Positions 12,700 to 25,200 of a stretch of DNA of 64,000 bases are shown in pieces. The position numbers were made by a program, and so were the translations under genes. This stretch comes from Macrostomum lignano (lineage: Eukaryota), in the NCBI GenBank assembly GCA_002269645.1, contig NIVC01003291.1, positions 1 through 64,000 on the forward strand, written 5' to 3'. Each line of letters opens with the position of its first letter. Position 1 is the first letter of the stretch. The notes beneath the pieces were generated by a model that did no database searches, was not told where the DNA came from, and was given only the letters and a program-made list of their open reading frames with translations.

Positions 12700-13070
12700 G
12701 CTGCTACCTGCTGCCATCATGCAGCGAGGCGCGAGCAAACATTATAGCGTTACGTTGATGAAGAAGAACGTTACGAAATATTTATTGAAATAATTCGATT
12801 CCAGTGTCCTTTTTTCAAAACAAATCATAATTTTTGCGCTATTTTTACTTAATAACGTTTACTTACCATAGCCAATACTTTTTATTAGGTCAGTTTCGTT
12901 AGTTTGAGTTAAAAATATTCAAATAAAAATTGCACTGTCATGTGATGGAGCTGGAGCACGACTTCACACTTGGAAGAAGTAGGGTGATTTAACTAGGAAG
13001 AGACAATCGCATTTTTTAAGCAGGCTTCTCGATGGTATGGAACTTGGGGGTGTGTTTCTAATCGTGCGTG
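12700..13070. promoter_or_regulatory. CpG-retaining patch inside the CpG-void domain; candidate LARP1 promoter or non-coding first exon
   Basis: About 15 CpGs in 370 bp versus none found in 11480-12600. Inference only. Confidence 0.3.
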
Positions 13071-15616
13071 CAATTTAAATTGATTTTTTAAATTAAATCT
13101 TTAAAATATCCATAGGCCTAAAGAAGCCAGAAGAGCCTTACAAAATGGAAATAAAGCTAGGCCCTATAAAAACTCTATTAGCCTAGCGTAGCCTATTTTT
13201 AGCCTAGCCTAGTCCTTAGGGGCATCTAGTGTGTGCCAAAAAATTTTATTAGGGCCTAGCCAAATTGTTATTTACTGACTATGCCTAGTCTAAGGCTAAT
13301 TGCTAGGGTTAGTAGGGGCCTAGGCTTGATTAGGCCTAGCTTATTATTTTATTAATTATTTTAATATTTAGTTAAATAAGCTAGAAGGCTAATACTAAAT
13401 AGCAAAAATAGACCTAAACTAGGCTAGGCCTAAGGCTAAGCCATAAGGCAGTAATGGCAATAGGTTTTTGTTTTTGTAGGCCTAATAGGCCTATGTATGC
13501 CTAGTTTTTAAATTTAATTTAGGATCTAGCTAGGCCTATTGGGCCTAACATAATTTTATAGGCTTACCTTTAGCTTATACCTAGGTCTAAGTCTAAAAAA
13601 AATCTATGCCATACTTTGTTGTCAGTTAAAGTATAAGACCAAGATGGCCATGGCCCATGCCATGGGTACACCAAGATGGTATAAGACCAAGATGGCCACA
13701 CACCAATATGGCCACACCATTGAATCTCTTTGTCTGTGCTCTCTTTTTATCATTAATTAGCAACATAGTAGCTATTTTATATTAGTTATTATGTTTAATC
13801 AATCATATTCATAAATATTGATACAATAGGCCTAATAGATTTGAAACTAATTACCTATAATACAAAAACTTTAATCTTTTTCAGTGTTTATGCCCATTTA
13901 TTCCCTATCATTACATCTATCAAATCTATCGCTATCTGTTTATTAGGAAACCATTGCTACTAGTAATGCTATACAAAAATTAAGATGAATATACAACAAG
14001 GCAAGGTATTTATTTTGTGTTAGGCTACTTGCTTGGTATAGTGAATAAATAATAAATAAATATATTTATATAGGTCAAGCTATAATAAAAGCTAAAGCCA
14101 AAGGAATGACTATAAATATAATATAGGGGCCTAATATAATACAATTCCAATATAGCATCTTTTTAGCATCTATTTCTCTAATTATTACCAATAGGAAATA
14201 AGTGAAATATATAGACCTGGGCTTATTATTATCTATTTAGACACTTAGAGCTGTGGCCATCTTGGTGTGTGGCTATCTTGGTCATGCGCCACCAAGATAG
14301 CCACAACATTAAATCTCTATTATCTATTTTCTTTACTAGTTAGTAACATATAATAGCTATTATTATATTACTATAGGCCTATTTAATTAATCTTATATCT
14401 AAAGCTTAGTAGACCAATCAATCAATCGACTGGCCAGGTTTAACATGTATTTCCTAAATGGCTGGCAACTCAAATGTGGGACTTGAGTTGCCAGCCATTC
14501 TACATTGATATACAATTATCAATGTAGAATTTTCCTACACAACAAATAGGCTATTTTAATGTTGAAATTTTCAAAATTAAGTCTGTTAAAAAAGCAGAAA
14601 ACTGTTTTCTTAACCTTCTTTGGCCACTTTTTTCTGTTTTGAACTAAAAATTTGCATCAGTTCTAAGTGATTGCCCCACAACTTTTTCCTATCTTGGCAG
14701 TGTATTTTCTCTCCAGTAGGGGGATGGGGCATTCTAAGTGGTTGCGTGTGTATACTTAGACCCTTGCTAATTGGCGGATAGTGAAATTCAATGCATAAAC
14801 TTGTGTGCCTCTTACTGTAGCAGGCATTTAATGTACACTAAAAAATTCAATGCTTTAAACTGGGAAATTTTAAACATAAACTGTTCCTTGAGTTTTGAAC
14901 TTTGAGAAAAAAGACTTATTGCTAGAAAGATCTTTTAACACTGAGTTTGGGGATGTAAGTTGTTTGCTTTAAATGTGAAAAGGAAAAGCACTGCATTCAA
15001 AAAATGATTTCCATACTTTTAACTTTTTGCAAAAATTGCACTCAGTTTCTCAAGATGTAATTGATAAAGTTGCGGGGAGGATTCAACTTCATACTACCAC
15101 TGTGTATTGGAGCCATTGGAGGGTTGATTTAGATGTGCAATCATTTTGTTGACTTTACCTGAGACTGATACTGGCTGACTAAGAAATTGATTGCACAATA
15201 AATTGGTTTAATTATTTATTTTTGGTGCCTTTCAGCATGCAGCTCTGTACAGCTCTAACCCTAACCCTAACACTAGCTATTGAATTCTGAGAGTTGAGTT
15301 CTATTTGACGGAGAAAATTTCAATTGAGTCCAGTGTCACAGAAAGGATTTCTGTTCTATGGAGAGGATTTTGATAGTGTTCAGTTTCGCGGAAAGGAATT
15401 GGATGGTGCGATTCAGCTGATAGATTTCAGGGAATAGAATTCTGATGATGGGAGTTTCTTCCTTTCTGCTCCAGTGGAAGAGTCGGCCTCATTATATATA
15501 TAAATATTGATACAATAGGGCCTCAAAGATTTGAAACTAATTAGGCCTACTTGGAAATATAAGAACTTTAATATTTTTCAGTGTTTATGCCAATCTATTC
15601 TTTATTATTCTATTTA

Positions 15617-16222
15617 GGCATGTACTAAAATGCAGAAGCAGATGTAGTGCAGAAGTAGATATAGAATATTTGCTAAAATGCAAAAGATAAAATCTTCTTA
15701 AATTATAGAAGCAAATATGGATATTAATCTAAATTGTGTAGATGGCTATTAGAGTATTAGACAAGCTTATATGCAATGCTTTATGATCCTAAAAATAGCA
15801 AAAACCACGCCTATATTATTTTGATTATAAGTGTGTCAAAATCATATAGCTACAAAAATCCTACTGGTATGACTTCTAAAAAAATTACATAAAAAAGAGA
15901 AAAATGCCCATGGCCATAGCTTACTATTAGTAGGCTAATAAGTTCAAAATTAGGCCCTAATATTTTTGGAATTTAGAATTCATGCTTATAGCATTTTTAT
16001 AGCTATATGATTTTGCCATAACTAGTCATAATAATATAGACATGGTTTTTGCTACTTTTGGGATCATAAATCATTGCTTGTAAGCTTATCTAATAGCCAT
16101 CTGTGCAATTCAGATTAACATTCATATCCATTTCTATAATTCAGGAAAATATTCTATCTTTTACATTTTAGCAAATATTCTGTATCTACTTCTGTATCCG
16201 CTTCTGCATTTTAGTAGATGCC
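15617..16222. mobile_element. Foldback/MITE element with ~245-bp diverged inverted arms
   Basis: GGCATGTACTAAAATGCAGAAGC... pairs with ...GCTTCTGCATTTTAGTAGATGCC. No clear TSD. Confidence 0.8.
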
Positions 16223-16713
16223 AACTTCTTATTCCCTAATTTCCTAATTCTTTTATTTTATTTATGAGCCACGACATAAATATATTATTCAACTATCTTT
16301 ATACAATATTAGTTCCAAATCTTTATCCTTAATCAAGACTATTTGGTACATATATATGCAACTTCCAAAATTTGGTTGGCCGTGTGACTTAGTTTTAACA
16401 AAAATGCAACATAGTTTTTGGCCAAAAATGCGACTTACATGTAAAAAAACCCTAAAGCAAAATTAACGCAACTTTGGGTAAATGGCAGGAGTAACTATGA
16501 CTGTCTTATTAAGCCAAAATGTCTCATCAGCTACTTAGTACTACTACTTTGGTGTTTTTTTGGGTGGGAATTTTTGCGACTTCCTTGGTTGGCCACCAAA
16601 TTGGTCGGCCGACTGTTGCGCATGTATGATTTGGTATTTAGATTATCAACTTTCTGAATTGTGTAATAATCAAATAAATATACAATTATAATTATAAAAA
16701 AGCTATTTGACTA

Positions 16714-17710
16714 CAAGGGGTGTCCCAAAAATCGGTGCACTTTCTTCACTATAGCCTTTTCTGACCGATCAGAAATATTAAGTCTATTGCAGTTGAAAAA
16801 AAGAATTATCTGCCCGTTAAAATGACTTTCTGCTTATTTCTATATCTTCTGGCATTCTTAAGATATGAACATTTTTCTGCCCCACCCCCTGTGCTACTTT
16901 TACAAATTGCCATAGACTAAAGCTTTGTACCTGATGCACGAAACAACAAAACATTCAACAAATCAACAAAACATCCGCAACATGAAAGCTGAGGAAAGAA
17001 CAGTTAAAAGTTAATCACCATTTGTCCTGAGGCTTCTCCATATAGTCACCACTGGGTGCACTGCACACTTCTGTAATTGGCTGTGCATGTTGACAATGCA
17101 CATCCCACATGGCCAAGAAAATGGAGGAGACAATCGAGCAGGCAAATTTTGTGCTGCCCTCACTGCCACTCTACTTTCCGGATTTGTCAACAGCTGACTT
17201 TGCCTTTTTTCCAAAGAGGAAGAAGCTGCTGCATGGACAAATCTTTGCTTGTCGTGGGAGCCTAGAAGCATTGACTCGCCAAATTCTCCTTCATGAGATG
17301 CCACGCTCAGATTTTGTTGATTGACAACATTGATGACATGCACAGCCGATGGCAGAAGTGTGCAGCGCACCCAGTGGTGACTATGTGGAGAAGCCTCAGG
17401 ACAATGTTGATTAACTTTTAACTGTTCTTTCCTCAGCTTTCATGTTGTGGATGTTTTGTTGATTCGTTGAATGTTTCATTGTTTCGTGCATCAGGTACAA
17501 AGCTTTGGTCTATGAGAATTTGTAAAAGTAGCACAGGGGGTAGGGCAGAAAAGTGCTCATATCTCAAGAATGCCAGCAGATACAGAAATAAACAGAAAGT
17601 CATTTTAATGGGCAGATAATTCTCTTTTCAACTGCAACAGACTTAATATTTTTGATCAGTCAGAAAAGGCTGTAGTGAAGAAAGTGCACCGACTTTTGGG
17701 ACACCCCTTG
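16714..17710. mobile_element. Mariner (DD34D)-derived foldback element, ~385-bp inverted arms, TA TSD, central transposase relic
   Basis: TA|CAAGGGGTGTCCCAAAA ... TTTTGGGACACCCCTTG|TA. The relic reads DNAHPH(M)A...YFPDLSTADFAFFPK with 34 residues between the Asp residues (one frameshift), followed by RWQKC...GDYVEK. Confidence 0.9.
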
Positions 17711-19000
17711 TATTTCTTAAACTTTATAAAGCTGAAGATGAAAAACTGAAGAAATATTTTCAATTTTTTGATTAGTAACCTATAAAAACAATAAAGTGTA
17801 TCAATCTATATGATATCTAAGCTAAACTTCCAAAGCTCAATAGTGGGATAATAAACATTAATTTGAAGCTTTTGAATAAATGACAATGCTTTGTTTTTTA
17901 ACTTAAACTAAAGAGTTGAATCTTATAGTTTAAACATATGTAAATTATCTTTAAAATAAAAAATATGGTAGTAAATGTATATTTTTGTCTTTTTTACTCT
18001 TTTATATAATATAAAACTATTTCTATATATGCTAAAGATCAATGGTATAGCAAGACAATGTCATATGCAAACAATATAATATAGCAGTTTAAAATATATT
18101 TACAATAGCATAAGCAACAAACAAATGTCTAATAGATAGATAAAACTAACAATAAGAAAAAATAATCCATTTTTATATCTTTTGCAATAGCATTACCATT
18201 AGAGTTATGTTATAGAATTAGTTTTTTCTAAAACAGCATATTGTATATTCAAGAGTCAAAAGAGCTAGTGCATATTTATATCTACTTACAAAAGGCTACT
18301 TGAGCCTTCTTGCATATAGCACAATGCTTAGAGTTAAAATCTTCATTAGTTTGTAAAATAAGCTCTTATGCTCTAGATGATAAAGATAAGAAAATAATAT
18401 GCATTTAGTAATATAAAACAATAACACAAAATTAAATATTGCAATAGTGAATAGTTATTAAAAAATTGCTTGTATGTCTGAATTACAATAATTAATGAAC
18501 AAGCTATGATTTTTTAAACCTGTCTAAGAAAATAATTTTTTTTATTTTATATTATTTATGCAACATTGAAATTTAGACTATTTGAATTTTTAAGTCCTTA
18601 TAATTTATCAATATATACTTTTAGTATTACAGTTTAGGTTATTAAATTTTAGAAGACATTCAATTGGCTAGATCTTTTGAATATTGATCAATATTCTAGG
18701 AGGCAAGTTGCCTTGTCAATGCCCTTTCTCATGCAAGATATTGTTGTTTTGTTGTTAAGTATTTCTCAAATGTATTTTATACTAATAGGGTATTGCAAAT
18801 ATAAAATTGCATCAAAAATTTTTATTATAGCACCAGCGGCACCTTTTAAACCCAGCTGAGAGTATTCTTCTCAACATTATAATTTCCAATGCATTAAAAG
18901 CAATTTGCATGATTATCTAAGAGTTTACTTTATCTAAGTAATAATTGGACTTGTAATAACTGGAGAAATAATTGGCTGCAGACTTATTGCCTAAAAGTGC

Positions 19001-19205
19001 ATGGAGCAGCACCAAGGCATTGATGGTCCAGTGCAGCGCGGTCCTGAGCCAGCCAATAATACCTCTAGCAAGCGTAGCGGAGGCGGCGCAGGTCGAACCA
19101 GGCCTTTTCAACGATTTCCCCGCGGCGGGGGCCGGCCGATGCCACAGCAGCCAATTATGGAGCCGGGAGGTGGCCTTATGCAGCCAAACTGGCCCACAGA
19201 GATGG
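19001..19205 (+). CDS. LARP1: LARP1 first coding exon (low-complexity R/G/P-rich)
   Basis: GC-rich ORF at the edge of the AT-rich domain. Donor ATGG|GTGAGT; phase 1 joins the next exon. Confidence 0.7.
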
Positions 19206-22200
19206 GTGAGTAATAGTGCTGTGTGTGCTAATTGGGCAATTTTAGGGATTCTATTAATTAGTGACAGCAATCAGATGCAAGGACTGTGGCTCATTTTTTT
19301 CATATGACACCTTGCTGAATGGGAAATGACACCTTACTGAACGGAAAATGGCACCTTATTGAATAGGAAATGGTACCTTACTGAACGGAAATGGCACCTT
19401 ATTGAACGGAAATGGCATCTTGCTGAATGGGAAATGGCACCTTACTGAACGGAAAATGGCACCTTATTGAACGGAAATGGCATCTTGCTGAATGGGAAAT
19501 GGCACCTTACTGAACGGAAATGGCACCTTATTGAACGGAAATGGCATCTTGCTGAATGGGAAATGGCACCTTACTGAACGGAAATGGCACCTTATTGAAC
19601 GGAAATGGCATCTTGCTGAATGGGAAATGGCACCTTACTGAACGGAAAATGGCACCTTATTGAATAGGAAATGGCTTCTTACTGAACGGAAATGGCATCT
19701 TGCTGAATAGGAAATGGCACCTTACTGAACGGAAAATGGCATGTTGATGAATTAAAAATGGCTTCTTACTGAATTTTATCTTGGATTTTAATATAAGAAA
19801 AGATACCTTACGATATGAGAAATGATGCCTGGATTAATCAATTTGAAAAAATTGCTCACGCTTCAAGTTTTTATTTGCCATATTCTCTACTCCAGGCGCC
19901 GCCCTGCCAGCAGCTGGAGGGCCGGGCGGTGGGTTCTACCACCAGCCTTATTACGACAATCCATCAATTCCGCCTCCACCACCGTTTCCTGTTGGTGTGC
20001 CGCCTGCGGCAGCTGTAGCCGGCGGGACTCCCGCTGCGCCCGGTTTTAATCCGGCTTCTACTGCTGTTGATCCGAGATTGCCAGGTGAGGCCTGGGGCAT
20101 CACCCGCGTGTAGTTTTAAGATTAGACTTCAGGATTCTAAGATTAGACCCAGAATTCTAAGATTAGACCCCAGGATTCTAAGATTAGACCCCAGGATTCT
20201 AAGATTAGACTCCAGTATTCTAGGATTAGACCCCAGTATTCTAGGATTAGACTCCAGGATTCTAGGATTAGACTTCAGGATTCTAAGATTAGACCCCAGG
20301 ATTCTAGGATTAGACCCCAGGATTCTAGGATTAGACCCCAGGATTCTAGGATTAGACCCCAGGATTCTAGGATTAGACCCCAGGATTTTAGGATTAGACC
20401 CCAGGATTCTAGGATTAGACCCCAGGATTCTAGGATTAGACCCCAGGATTCTAGGATTAGACCCAGGATTCTAGGATTAGACCCCAGGATTTTAGGATTA
20501 GACCCCAGGATTCTAGGATTAGACCCCAGGATTCTAGGATTAGACCCCAGGATTCTAGGATTAGACCCCAGGATTTTAGGATTAGACCCCAGATTCTAAG
20601 ACGATTCCTATTGATATTCTCGTAAGATAATCCCCTATTGATATTCTAAGATGATCTCCTATTCAGACTCAGATGATCCCCTATTCAGACTCAGATGATC
20701 CCCTATTCAGACTCAGATGATCCCCTATTCAGACTCAGATGATGCCCTATTCAGACTCAGATGATGCCCTATTCAGACTCCAAGACTAGCCCCCATCCCT
20801 GACTGCAGAGGGCCTGGCGCTGATGTACGCCAGCGGCGGTCCAACGCCAGACACGGCGCCAATGTCAGAAGCCGTAGACCCGGTCACTGGCACTCGCTCA
20901 GTCATAGTGAACGGCCTGCACTATTTTCCCGAGAACTTCGACAGCGACGCCGTGTGCGACGCCGTATTGGAGCAGATCCGGCATCAAATTGAGTTCTATT
21001 TCTCGGACGAGAATCTTAATCACGACCTGTTCCTGCGCAGCATCATGGACAGCGAAGGCTACGTAGGCGTGCAGACTCTGGCCGGCTTCAATCGGGTTAA
21101 TTTTTTATGCAACGGCAATCCTGAGGATGTCGCAGTCGCCGTTGAGAAAAGCGACAGTCTGGAGCTCAGCCCCGAGAGGGATCGGGTCCGTCGGCGAGAC
21201 GATCCGAAGCGTTGGCCAATCGACGCGGCCAAAGTCAAGGCTCAGCAGGATGACGATGCTCAGCTAAATATTGACGCGCCGGAGTTTGTGCCAACTGCCG
21301 AGCCAGTGGCTGCTTCTAGTGAGTTTGTTGCTTTTGCTCATTGCTGGGGTGCCGTAGCCCAGTGGTCTGGCACGGCGCTCAGATGTGCCAGTGGCCCAGG
21401 CTCGATTCCACAGTGCAATCACATAAATTGGAATCTCGGCTTGGCTCTGCTTGTGCAATTAACGGCCTTGAGGACCAACCCCCAAGGCACAGTGAAGTGT
21501 ACATGCCTAACGATAAAAAAGTATAGGCCGCTGTACACTCCTGTGTGAGTGTGTGCCTGTGCGTTTGACTGCGTACGTATCCGCGCGCTTGTGTGCCTGC
21601 TCAGAGGAGTCGGCGGAATGGGCAGTAATTCCTCCCTCCGGTAGTGTGACAATGTCGCTTAAAGTGCGCCAGGGTGCACACAGGCCCTATCTATAAAACT
21701 GCTGATTATTGCTGCTTTTGCGTTTGAATAAAGTTCTACGCGTATAGAAAGCTGCTGAAGAATCTCTAAGAAGAGAAGATAGGGGCAGGCCGCTGAAGTA
21801 TCTGTTGGAGGGTAGGGCAGGCCGCTGAAGGATCTGTTGGAGGATAGGGGCAGGCCGCTGAAGGATCTGATGGAGGGTAGCGGCAGGCCTCTGAAAGATC
21901 TGATGGAGGGTAGCGGCAGGCCGCTGAAAGATCTGATGGAGGGTAGCGCAGGCCTCTGAAGGATCTGATGGAGGGTAGCGGCAGGCCTCTGAAGGATCTG
22001 ATGGAGGGTAGCGGCAGGCCTCTGAAGGATCTGATGGAGGGTAGCGGCAGGCCTCTGAAGGATCTGATGGAGGGTAGCGGCAGGCCTCTGAAGGATCTCA
22101 TGGAGGGTAGCGGCAGGCCTCTGAAGGATCTCATGGAGGGTAGCGGCAGGCCACTGAAAGGGCCTGGGGTGTGGTCGATGCTTCCATTGTGCGGTCGCCA

Positions 22201-25200
22201 GTAACACTTGTGATAATACTGACCGCACATTCCATGGCATCGGACAGTGCTGCTTGGGAGTTAAAAAAAGCCGCTGTTAACTTAAAAAAAAACAGCGACT
22301 CAAATGTTTTTTGCTTGACTTCCTCCTACAGTTTAATACATAGTCGAGTTAATGTTAAATACGATGCTTCCATTGTGCAGTCGCTAGTTAAAAAATCCAA
22401 TAGTACTAACTGCACATTCCATGGCATCGAATAGTAAAACTTATTTAGAAGTTGGTTAATCTAGCTTTGAGCTGCCGTTGTAAAAATTCTTGCGGCTCAT
22501 ATTTGGCTAAGCTGACTTCGAACAGATTGAAAATTTAATGAATGAGGCATTGAAAAATGGGTCATCAGCCTCAAATTGTTGGGTAGGGTCAACTGACCCC
22601 CATTGACCCCCCTGAAAATATATTCTTGCACTACTGTTTGCGACCAGACGTTAGTAGTATAAATTTTGCGAAATTTACGCGCTTTTATCTTTGCATATGC
22701 AAATTCTACTACTGTTATAAGAGTAGTCACGCGTAGACACACTGGTGGAGAATAAATCGAACTAATCGATAAAAATATCACAGAAGACGGCCAGTCCGTC
22801 AGGCGGCCCAGTCAGCAGGACGATTTCGACTTCCAGTTCGACTCCGACCAGCCTGTCGATTCGCAGCAGCCGGCGGCGCCCGCGCAACAGCAGCCAGTCA
22901 GGAGCCGAGTGCGGGCGATCTCCACTACAGAGGACGAGGTGTCCGAAGCCGACATCAACCGGCTGCTGGTGGTGGCGCCCGCCTCCGGGTCCCGCCGGGG
23001 CCGGGGTCCGCCGCACCAGCGAGGAGGCGGCGGCGGCGGCCGGATGACCCGCGAGCTGGCCAGGCGGCTTGGTGACGGCATCGCCGACTATCAGGCGGCC
23101 ATTCTGCGTCACGGCTGTGGCGGCGGTGATAGCAGGCGGCTCCGGCTGGTGCCCGAGGAGTCGGCGCCATCGTCTGGGATGCCAGCCGGTGTCGAGGACG
23201 GCGGCGGAGGCGAAGGCGGCGCGGCGCCGTACGGCAGGTTTTACCCCGCCTATGGAGGCGGAGGCGGCGGTCGGTATCAGCAGCAGCAGCAACAGCAGCA
23301 ACTGGCTGAGCAGAGTGTCGGTTATCTATTCGACATTCGCGAGCACCGCGCCCGGTCCAGGACTTCGTCAACTAGTAGCAGCTTTAGGTAGCTGATGAAG
23401 CTTTTAAAGTCATTCCTTGTACTTTCTATGGTTACCAGTAGAATCACCTGAACTACCACTTCAGTGGTACCCCTGAGTTACCCTGATTATCGCCATCGAA
23501 CTTCCCCGATATAGACCCTGAGCTGCCCTCAGAACCGCCCCTGAACTGTTCACAGAATTGCCCCTGAACTGCCCTCAGATTCAGTGTTGTCACCCCAGCG
23601 AATTTTAATCGCTGGGCGATTTTAAATAACTGAGCGATTTTTTGTTCTTTTCAGCAATTATCAGCGACTTTTTTGTTCTGGGGTGAGAATCGTGAGATTC
23701 TGGGGGTAAGAATCGTGAGATTCTGGGGGGTAAGAATCGTGAGTTTCTGGGGTGAGAATCGTGAGATTCTGGAGTGAGAATCGTGAGATTCTAGGGGTAA
23801 GAATCGTGAGTTTCTGGGGTGAGAATCGTGAGATTCTGGAGTGAGAATCGTGAGTTTCTGGGGTGAGAATCGTGAGATTCTGGGGTGAGAATCGTGAGTT
23901 TCTGGGGTGAGGATCGTGCTCTCAGAATTGCCCCTGAACTGTCACCAGAATCACCCTGAACTGCCCTCAGAATCACCCCTGAACTGTCACCAGAATCACC
24001 CCTGAACTGCCCTCAGAATCACCCCTGAACTGTCCCCAGAATCACCCCTGAACTGCCCTCAGAATCACCCCTGAACTGTCACCAGAATCACCCCTGAACT
24101 GTCCCCAGAATCACCCCTGAACTGCCCTCAGAATCACCCCTGAACTGTCCTCAGAATCACCCCTTAACTGTTTCCAGAATCACCCCTGAACTGTCCCCAG
24201 AATCACCCCTGAACTGTTTCCAGAATCACTCCTGAACTGTTTCCAGAATCACCCCTGAACTGTTTCCATAATCACTCCTGAACTGCCCCTAGAATCATCT
24301 CTAAACTGCCTCCAGAATCACTCCTGAACTGTTTCCAGAATCACTCCTGAACTGTTTCCAGAATCACTCCTGAACTGTCACCAGAATCACCCTGAACTGC
24401 CCCTAGAATCATCTCTAAACTGCCTCCAGAATCACACCTGAACTGGCCACAGATTCACACCTGAACTGGCCACAGATTCACACCTGAACTGGCCACAGAT
24501 TCACACCTGAACTGGCCACAGATTCACACCTGAACTGGCCACAGATTCACACCTGAACTGGCCACAGATTCACACCTGAACTGGCCACAGATTCACACCT
24601 GAACTGGCCACAGATTCACACCTGAACTGGCCACAGATTCACACCTGAACTGCCCCAGAGAAATCGCCAAACTACCCATAAATTTCAATCGCTAAAAGCT
24701 GTCAACTTTAACCCGCAGCGAGTACTCGCTGTCATCCAGCCTGCCCAGCAACATGCCAGGCTCTCTGCCTCATCAATCTGGCATGGCATTTTCGCATCCG
24801 TCGCAGTCTCTGCTGCAAGAGCATGGATTCAATTTTGTCGACTACAATCATTACCACAGGCGGTGCTTGCAGGGTACGATAATTTTCATTTCCTTAATTA
24901 AGTGCTTGACTATAGTAGGCTGCCCCCATGAATCTAAATGTCCATATTCTGAAGTTCGCCTCCTGAGCCCCTCAAGTCCATAATGTGAAGGTTCAGCTCC
25001 TGAGGTTCTGAATTCCATGACCTGAAGGTTCAGCTCCTGAGACCCTGAAGTCTATAATCTGAAGGTTCAGCTCCTGAGACCCTAAAGTCCATGACCTGAA
25101 GATTCAGCTCCTGAGACCCTGAAGTCCATGACCTGAGCATTCATCTCCTGAGACCCTGAAGTCCATGACCTGAACGTTCATCTCCTGAGACCCTGAAGTC

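Noticed and set aside
14685-14711. LINE reverse-transcriptase relic (FSYLGSVF resembles FxYLG)
   Set aside because: Single short motif; the flanking frames do not continue with RT-like sequence.
15255-15271. Interstitial telomere (CCCTAA)n
   Set aside because: Under three units; likely chance or part of a repeat element.
9550-18900. Contaminant or foreign DNA as the explanation of the AT-rich block
   Set aside because: It is contiguous with the eIF2-gamma and LARP1 starts, made of eukaryotic TE relics, and mirrored by a second block before MRE11. It is not fully excluded without read data.
21346-21420. tRNA gene (also 47529, 26670, 56222)
   Set aside because: Box A and B are present but there is no complete cloverleaf or acceptor stem, and each continues into a shared body and A-rich tail, so these are SINE heads.
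23580-24715. MITE enclosing the LARP1 intron 4 arrays (agcgaattttaatcgctgggcgattt vs aaatcgcc...aatcgct)
   Set aside because: The inverted similarity is too short and degenerate, and no TSD was seen.
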